Assembly: GCA_964187785.1 (NCBI GenBank)
Contig: OZ076409.1
Coordinates: 51,274,001-51,338,000 of the forward strand
Origin: Amphiscolops sp. MND2022
Lineage: Eukaryota
DNA: 64,000 nucleotides
Direction: 5' to 3'
The notes beneath the pieces were generated by a model. It worked only from the letters and a program-made list of their open reading frames with translations, made no database searches and had not been told where the DNA came from. Position numbers and translations under genes: made by a program. Shown piece after piece: positions 24,401 to 33,400 of the stretch (position 1 is the first letter of the stretch; each line of letters starts with the position of its first letter).

Positions 24401-27400
24401 TAGTGATACTCCTGTCCATCATCCACTAACAATAAATCAACATTGAAAGTGTTGTCTTCACGGGAAACTCTCAGTGGAACTAGTTCGTTTTCAGTATAAC
24501 GGAAAACGTTAACGTTGCACTTGTTCAGTTTTTCAAATCGTAACATTTGTCCAAAGCCCATGGGCATTTCATAGTCACCCACTGCTTGATGGGCTAATTG
24601 ATTTCGTGACGAGTAGGTTTCAGGGCTCGTTCGTCTCCCAATTGAATCCCGGCTAGCCACATAGAGTAGAGGTCCATGTTTCAGGTGCCACGCAGCTGTA
24701 AAGCAGTACAAAAAGCAATTGTGATCTTGTCGGTTGCGAATGTTGAGCAGTAAATGCGGTGCCTCCAGTTCTGGTGGAGTAGGAAGGTAGGAGGATCCCC
24801 GAATTGGGTTGAAGGTGGCAAATTTAATGTCTAGCTCAGTTATTTTATCCAGTATCCACCCACTTCCGGAAGCAGTGAACGTAAACAAAGTGTTGATCAT
24901 TTTATCCACTGCTGCCAGGAAATCATCTTGCGGCAGGGTATTGCCGTAAACAGGTACCATGTGTGATCGAAGAAAAAGTTCAGTTTCTTCTCCCTTTGTC
25001 GGCTTTGAAAGCTCTGTTCTCAAAACGAGATGCATTTTCTGACTTGTGTGGTTTACATTTTCGCTAACCAGTTGATCAATTTGTGGTTTGACATCATTCA
25101 TGAACTGCATCAAGTCGTTTTCTCCTGATCCAATAATTTTGAATACTTTGAGAGCCCCATTGAAAGCGGATGAGATTGGTTTCGTTTTCTCCTTGATAGA
25201 ATCGATAGGTGGTGGTAGATCATGTTTCTCTAACAAGTGTTTGAAGAATTTTTGGGCGTCATCGAATGCGACTCCACAATACACGCACATCTTTTGTAAC
25301 TGGGTTCCGTGTTTCGCGCGAAAGTGTTGATCAGATAGGGCGACGGATAGTTCCATCTTGTGGCAAACATCGCATTCCATGGGAAAGAGATAAGCAGGAA
25401 TTTTGTGAACATTTCGTCGATGTTGGCGAAGATTGTTTTTGTTGGGAAATGTTTTCTGGCACTTGTCGCAGGTTCTCATTTTGACTAAAATATTTGATTG
25501 AAACTACTATATCAGATGAATTTGTTGCCGAAACATTATCTTGTTGTATGAGAAATGAAAATTTTTTACAAAAAGACTGGACAAATTCACTCTGAAATAC
25601 TATTTTCAATCAAATATTGCAGGTGATATTTGGTGATTTTCAACAAGATTTGCTTGTGAGGGTAACTGATTTGCAACAAAGTTGGAGATTTTTAATTTTA
25701 TTTTTGAGAAATTTCGTTTTAAATTTGAGCTATCGGGGGTTATTCGGGTTCGACGACAGACGCAAGCTGACGCACCCCACTTAGACAATCGCCGTTTAAT
25801 CTTGTTTCGACCGGTTTAAAAAAAGTAAGCTGACGCACCCCCTCTCAGACAACCGGCGGTTAATCTCGTTTGAACCGGCAAAACAAATGCAACCTGACGC
25901 ACCCCCTCCCAGACAATCGGCGGTTGATTTCGTTTGAACCGGCAAAATAACAAAGCGCAACTGTTGAAACACAACCCCTCCAGATACGCTACGCAGTAAA
26001 AGTTCCCCTAGAAAGTGGGTGGTTGTTTAATTTTCTCAGCACTCGATCGTAAAAATGCAAGCTGTTGCTCGCCGCCGCCGGACTTGTCTGGCCGCAGGCC
26101 AAAATCATTTGCTTCTTACCTGATTTTAAAAACAGCTTCATCTCTTTCAACCTCAACTTTCATTGCAATTTGCTTCTCAACAACAAACATCTAGCTCGTG
26201 TATATCTTAAACAATTTCCTGACCCTGACGGTCGTCGAAAAAAAAAATGTGTGAACTAACAGTATGGCCAATTAAATCTTGTCTCCGAATGGACGACGAG
26301 CTCGTCTCAAACTATGGACCTCCGCTGAGAAAGTCAGTAACTTTCAACGACATAGTTGAAACATTTGGAGATGTCGTCGCTCTGGAACCGTCTCCCGCAA
26401 CCTCAACAAGCTACCGAATCACCTTCAATGGACGAAATTCAACACCTTTCGAACTGCCAGCATCCCAACCGCAACGGAAACGACCCGTCAACCCGCAGCG
26501 AAAAAATCTGCGTGTGAGTTTCTCCCCCTTCTACTTGACGATTGAGCCATGTGGTAGGACTTACACATCCGTCACAGCTCTAGAGGAGGAGAGTGAGTAC
26601 TGGAAGCCCGGAGCTTTGGACGGCGAGCCATTTTATAAAATGAACTGCCAGAACTTGATTTGTTTTTGAACTTGTGTCTTGTTATTTGATCACTATTTTG
26701 AAATTGTCATTCAATTTTGTTCTTTTTGGTATTGTCATTCGATCCATCTTTTATCATCTGAATCCAATTAATTCTTCTTTGTTTTCTTTTTGAAAAATAG
26801 GCTTGAAGTAAGAAACATTAATTAGAAAAGATAACATTAAATGAAATGTTTTACAAATCGCATTAGTTCTTGTTCACTAATGTAAGGAATAATAGGAAAA
26901 TGAGCACCAAATACATAATGAGCTATATAAATGCAATAAAGTCCACACAAGTTTGAGTTTAAGTTTTGCAGAGGAGCTTGTATAATCTCTGTCACTCCCA
27001 AATCTGCAAAAGATAGTCGATCACGAACATGAGGGTAATTAGTGAGTGGAAGGCCAAGCGGGTCAGCGAATAAGTACTTGTTGTTTCTGTTGCAAAGCAA
27101 AAGCCAGTGTGTTCCCATTTGAGTAGCTTTGTCTGAATTGACAATGATAAAGTTGTCATTCCTTAAATTGAGGGGAAAATTATCTGCTGCATAAACACCT
27201 GCGAATTTGTACTTCAAGTGTTTACACTTGTTGATGAGAGTGCCCAACTGTAGTTCGTCAATCATTTTCTTGTTATTGCGGTATCGGGAGCAATGTAGTA
27301 GTTCTTTGAGACTTTTCTGCTGTTATTAATGTATATTGTTGAAGCGGTTTCTCCCAATAAAAGTACTTCTGTAATTTGTGCCAAGGCCGTATCGAACCGC

Positions 27401-30400
27401 AAACTGATTGAGATTGATGCACTTGTAAGTTCAGGATGTAAATAATCATGCGATGCTTGATGAGTACTGGTTAGATCGAAAACTAACAGATAATGATTTG
27501 CATATTCCTCGAATGAAATTCCATGACCATGCTCGTGAAACGCTAGAGCTCCCATTGAATTCAGATACATCTTTTTGTCGGTGTCCGTCTCTAAGGGTGT
27601 TCCAGCAATTGGATGACCATTACGATAGCCTGTTATGCTGCGCAAACCAAATTTTTGATAGTGGAATGGGTTCGTTGTTTTGGCTCCCACAAAGCCAGCA
27701 TTGGTTGACATGGCAAGTATAAATCGTCGAATTGGTTGACCGCTAAAGACATTTTCTTGATCCCAACTCTGTGAGTTTTGCCCGATGAGAAAAGTCCTTG
27801 GAATAATCTCAGTGTACCGATATCGAGCAGTAGCTTTCGCTAAAGTTGTTTCAATTGCGGAATAGGCATTCTCAGTAAGAGTCATTTTGCGAACGTACAA
27901 ATTGGCTTGAGTTATATTAACTTTATAGTCTTTGCCTGCGTCGTCATAAATCAAGCAAAATTCGGGTCTCGTTCGAAGGAAGGATATTCTCAGCTCAACT
28001 CCACTGACAAGATGTTTTTCGCACGAGAAAAAATCTGAGGCAACTCGTCCAATGAATGTTACAGTGGCTGAAGATCTTGTTTCAGCTTCTCTCTTTGTGA
28101 AAGCTCCCAAGGTGTGTGTACTAGGGTTGGATTCGTAGTTACAACCCTGACATTCCAGCCAAGTATTTTTTGCTTCCAGGTTGTGGGAAAATTCAGTTTC
28201 AATAAAGGCTTTGTGGGCGTAGAGTCCATTTGCAGAAGAGACTTTTACTCCTTGGGCCGTTACAGTGCAATCCGAGAATAATGAATGAAGTGTATTGTTG
28301 ACAAAAACTGGCGTGTCTTGTTGAGTTGCGTCTCCAGTCACATAATTTAAATTGGTGTTGTCTGTTTTTACAATTTTACACTTGACTTCCAAATAAATGT
28401 TTTGTAAATCGATAAAGTTGGTCCGGTCTCCCTTGACTTCAAACTCCAACGTTGGTCCATTTGGAGCATACAGCGGGCCAATTTTTTGCTCAAAAGACCC
28501 GTCAAAGTTGACTAGAAGCTGAGGCCTTTCGAAAATATCGAGTGAAGTGTGCGAGGTTTCGATTGGTAAAGCGTTACTGTTAATCAACATTTTTGACTCT
28601 AGAGAAAAAATCTGACCGACTTCTTCGTGTGAATTTTTTACGTCGAATGAATCGTTTGCCTCTTCTCCTTCTTTTAGATCCACCCAATTGTTTCTTTACA
28701 GTTTTGCGGACTGCTGATCGAACCGCTTGTTTTGGTGTCTTCTTTTTTGATGCCACTTCAAGCAACTCGGGTATGCTTTGTGATAAGAATTCTTTGCCAA
28801 TTGACTTGACAGCGGGAAGCAAAAACTTTTTGGCAAATGGTAAAGCTACTCGTCCAACACCAGCTGCTAATGACCTGAAACCACTTCCACGTTGTCTTGC
28901 AGGCCCTGAGAAATGGGGTAGTTGTGCCTGTTGGGCGTAGTATTGTTCCATTTATTGAAATTTCCTAAATTTGAGTGTGAGAGCTACTAGACCGGTACCA
29001 ACGAAAGGAACTTTTTGTCCAGTAATGGACATCAACTCAATTTGAATTTCTTCAATTGTACTAGTAATGAGCTTCTTGAACTGTAGCTCAGTGAAAACTC
29101 TATGGGCTGTTGTTGAAGTGTTTAAAAGTTTTCCGTCTTGAACTTGTTTTGTGTTTTCGATAATTCGCAAAAGAGGCGACTTTACTCCAGCAACATGTTG
29201 ATGTTCAATGATGTTGGTATTGACGAAAAACATGTTGGTTCCCACTGTGAGATCTGGTGGATAAGTGTTTTTGATTGGTTGTTTCATATTTGCGACTTTG
29301 TAGTTCGTTCCTATGTAATATCCTCCTCGATTTGTATCTGGCACCCCCTGGATACCCAAAACATCAAAGAGGCTGCGATCTCTGACACTTATTCCATATC
29401 GGCTTTTAAAACTAATTTCAATGTTATCTTCCACATAATCTGCAGAGTTTAATGGCTTTTTGGTTTCAGTTGCCTTGTCTAGTTGCTTCAGAATGCTGCT
29501 GATTGTCTGATACTCTCCAGCTTCAAATTTAGCATTATCTGACCAATCCTCTCGTTTGATAACTGCACCGCCTTCACTACTCGGGACAGGAGTGTTGTCA
29601 GATGGTGTTTTGGGTGTGTAAATGAAAAAGTCAGTTGTAGTAATGTTTTTGATGCTGGTAGGGAAAATGATTTCGGCAAGCGCTACCCGCCAGTCACCTT
29701 CCAAATGAATTGGGTGCGCCAAGAGGTTACGAAACGCTGCCATTGTGTTGCCGCTGTATATATTCATGGAACCTGCTGATTCCAGGTAAATGTCAAATTC
29801 GTCCATTGACCTTCACAAGTTCGGGTTCGTAAAATTTTCCGTTGATTGTATCACCACTCTCGTCTCTCAAATTGTATGTTGGAGGGTTGAACGTTGAAAT
29901 TTTTATTATTGGGAATATTTCGTCCGTGAAACTTTGTTTATATCCCTTTTTGAAGGGTAAATCTTGTTTGGCTATCCGAACTTTATCGCGGAGATTAAAC
30001 TTTGGTTTTTTGACAAATTTGCTCGACTGCTCTGCAGCTAGAGATCGTAAATGTGGCTCGTGCTTCTTTGTAACATTGTTTGGGGCCAACTTTGTAACAC
30101 GATTGACGCGTGAGTTGATTGTGTTGACAAATTGAGATAGCTTGCTGATGTAATGATATGTCCATTTGTTTTCCATGTGTTTGTACATGATATTTTTGAG
30201 TGAACGAATGTTTCTCTCTGCAAAAGCTGACTTTGTTTCGCTGGCAGTTGTATATGTTGCTATTCCTCTCTGATCGCAAAGATTTTTGAATGCTCCTTTG
30301 AATTCGGTTCCTTTGTCTGACCAAACTTTCTGCGGTTGCACTTTCTCAATCATCTTTTCGAATGCTTTAGCAGCGTCAGGAGCACTTTTTGATCGCATTG

Positions 30401-33400
30401 GTACAACACGTAAAAATCTTGATAACACATCCACTGCAACCAGTAAATACTTGACTCCATTGTTATATTTTGCCAACTTGTCCACATAGGCGACATCTAT
30501 TGACCAAATTTCGTTAATTTCGTAAGCAATTACTTTAAGGCGAGGGAATTTTCGTTGAATTTGTCTGTATTTTGTATGAGCATCTTTTTGTTGCAAAAAA
30601 GTGTCAATTTTTGCTTTTGGCATTTTGCTGGTTTCTTGCAAATTTTTCGCGCTCCCGTAAGCAGCAGGTCCACTCGTGTACATTTTTTCCAACTTTGCTT
30701 GTTCAGTTGTTGAAAGTCTCCCAATCCTTCGAGCCATCTTCTTGGTCTTCAAAACTTGGGCCAGGTTGCTGGTCATCTTTCTTGCGGGGTCTCTTTGGTG
30801 TCTTTCCGTTGCTTTTTGTCTTTGGTGTTGTGACAAACTTGGTCTTGACAACTTTTGGTTTTACAATCTCTTTAGCTTCCGAGTTTGGTACTAGATCTGG
30901 TGAAATTTTAATTTTGTCTAAAATTCGTTTGTAATCTGGGTGATAAAGTTTCTTTGTTGGTTGCTGCAACGTGAAAAGGAAATTTGACGCATCAATGGCT
31001 GTGGGAGTTTTGTCAATCTCAATAAGACCTTCGTCGTTTATCGAAACGTCAGAACTACTTTGCAATTCTTTCAAAATGGACTTGGATTTTTCAGTTTGAT
31101 GAGGATTGAGCATTGTGATTGAGCGAAGTACCCTCTTCTGGATATCTTCCCGTGTCTCTGGGGCTTTCACTTCTTGAGATGTTTTTTCCTTCTCGGGCTC
31201 CTTTTTTTCGGGAACTCGCTGTAATAACGTAAGTTGTTGACTTTTTGCTGTAATTGTTGGATCGTCCAGAATTTCGGACGCTTTTGGTTGATTCTTGATG
31301 TAATTTTCTTTTGGTATTAGTATAAATTCTTGAGCACTCATTCTGCTGATAAATAGCAAATGCAGGGACGACTGATCAGCTTCAATAGTTTATAGCCTTT
31401 GATGGATGACAAAATTTGTCGTCGTCTGCTGTCAGATGTTTGCGGTTGACATAAAATTTTTAATTGCTGTTCAAATGGGATCAATTTGTTTACATTCATT
31501 GGTATGTTTCCATTGATGATATTCAAGGCGCACTCACAGAGCAATTTGACTTGTTCCCTGTTGCAATCATGTATAACGCGAGAAATGTCTTTCCTCTTTT
31601 TGTTTTCTTGCCAGTGCTTCAGTATATGCAATTTTTTCTCGCTCATTTGTTAGAAGTGTTTCCTTTGCAGTTGATGATGGAATATAAAAGGTAGTCGGTT
31701 GAGGAGCAACAATATTCGAGCAAAAACGTAAGACGTCACTCGTTTTCGGATCGAAATCAATAAGTAAATGTCCGAATGGCCTCGTGGTGGCCCTCTGATA
31801 AGCTTCTCGAATAAAATCCAATTGTTTCAATTGTCTGCCGAAATGGTCAATTTGCTGTAAGTCTCGCGGTGATTTGAATAAAATAACATGTGTTGTGTTT
31901 AAATCAATTGTACGCGACCATTTGCTTTGATGGAATAAGTTGTGTTTGACGAAAATGCAATGGAGTTTCCTATGTCTACCGGCAACTGCAAGTTTGACAA
32001 ACGCTTGTTCTTGGTAAATCTCCTCACATGAATCGTCGAAAACTAACAAACAGTTTTCCAAGTTTTTGATCATTTCAAAGTCCAAGCATGGAATAAATTC
32101 AATGTTTAATCTTTCAGACATTTCTTGGAAAAGCGGTTGATATTCCTTGTAAAAGTAAAAAGTTTTTTCGATGGGTGGATAAAATGTTGTAGGCGAGGCA
32201 AGCATCGAATAAATGAGACGAGTTTTACCCGAGCCCCCAGGACCAACCAGAGCCATGAATAAACGATCATTAGTGAAAATGATCTTGTTCATAGTTTAGG
32301 ATTAGGTAGAATGTAACCAACTGCTCCAAATAATAGTGAAAACCACACTGACATTTCTTCGCACGGCGGTCTGTCTAGAGTAAGTTTCAACAAACTAGCA
32401 ATTACAAGAATGAAAATTAGTGTTGCCTGAGTAAAAAAGACAACCTCTGATCTTGGTAAAGTGATTGAATTGCAAAACTTCCACAATGACCTTACGCTTT
32501 CTTCTTCGTTTGATTCCATACTGCCTATGCCATCATCTTCATCGATAACTACCTCAGTCATACTTGAAAATTTTCTTGATTGTGAAAAATGAATTGATAT
32601 CAAACACGACTATTATGTAGCAGTATAAAATATGAAAATGTTAAATTCATCACTAGACTTGAGTTTTATTCGAAACTCGCCCTTGACTTTTGTTTGTGCT
32701 GGTGGAAAGTAGACAACCTCCAACACATCGTTGCGCTTGGCCAATTCCTCTGCAATTTGTCTTGGTACCTTTGGATCCTCGATGCCGTCAAGTTTGATGG
32801 GACGTGAATACTTTGGTGGTAGCTTGAGCGGTTTGATATTGTGGGCCTCCATCAGATGCTGTAGTCGTTTGCTTCGCATTTTGGTTTACAAACGTAATGA
32901 AACTGTCAATGGTTTCGAAACTAGTCTTCAATTGCGAATACTCGGATGCAGTTAACTGTATAACACCCTTTCTCAAAAGTTTGTGACTGCCAACCTGCTT
33001 GAATTCATCTTTGACTAATTTTATTTTGGCTTCAGCGTCACGTGTTACCTCCAAGGTTGTTGTAACTGAGAGGCTCAAATTCGGGGATAGGGATAGCTGT
33101 ATGTTGTGCTCTTTGGCTGTTGCATCGACTGCATTCATGATGGGAATTTTGAAAGTAATTGAACAACCAGTTGTAGAATAATGCCACTTTTTCTCGAGCA
33201 CAGTGATTCAGTTTGTAAGACTTTTGATGATTCGGACAAACTTTTGTTGAACAATAGCTAAACTGAGATGCTTTGGGGCAACCAAGAGTGTCCAAGTCGA
33301 CCACACTGAAGAAGAAATTTCTCAAGAAAGTGCACTTCTCGGTACCTTTTGAAAAAACGGTACTGTTTGGAAATCTAAGTTTGAGCGCGTTGAAGAAATT

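Noticed and set aside
28591-28683. N-terminal extension of the major capsid ORF
   Set aside because: The annotated start is a non-ATG codon overlapping the core-protein gene; the ATG at 28590 fits the family N-terminus better.
21134-31694. Numerous plus-strand ORFs overlapping pPolB, capsid, penton and integrase
   Set aside because: They are antisense shadows of long coding frames, with no motifs; only 26247-26669 lies in its own intergenic space.
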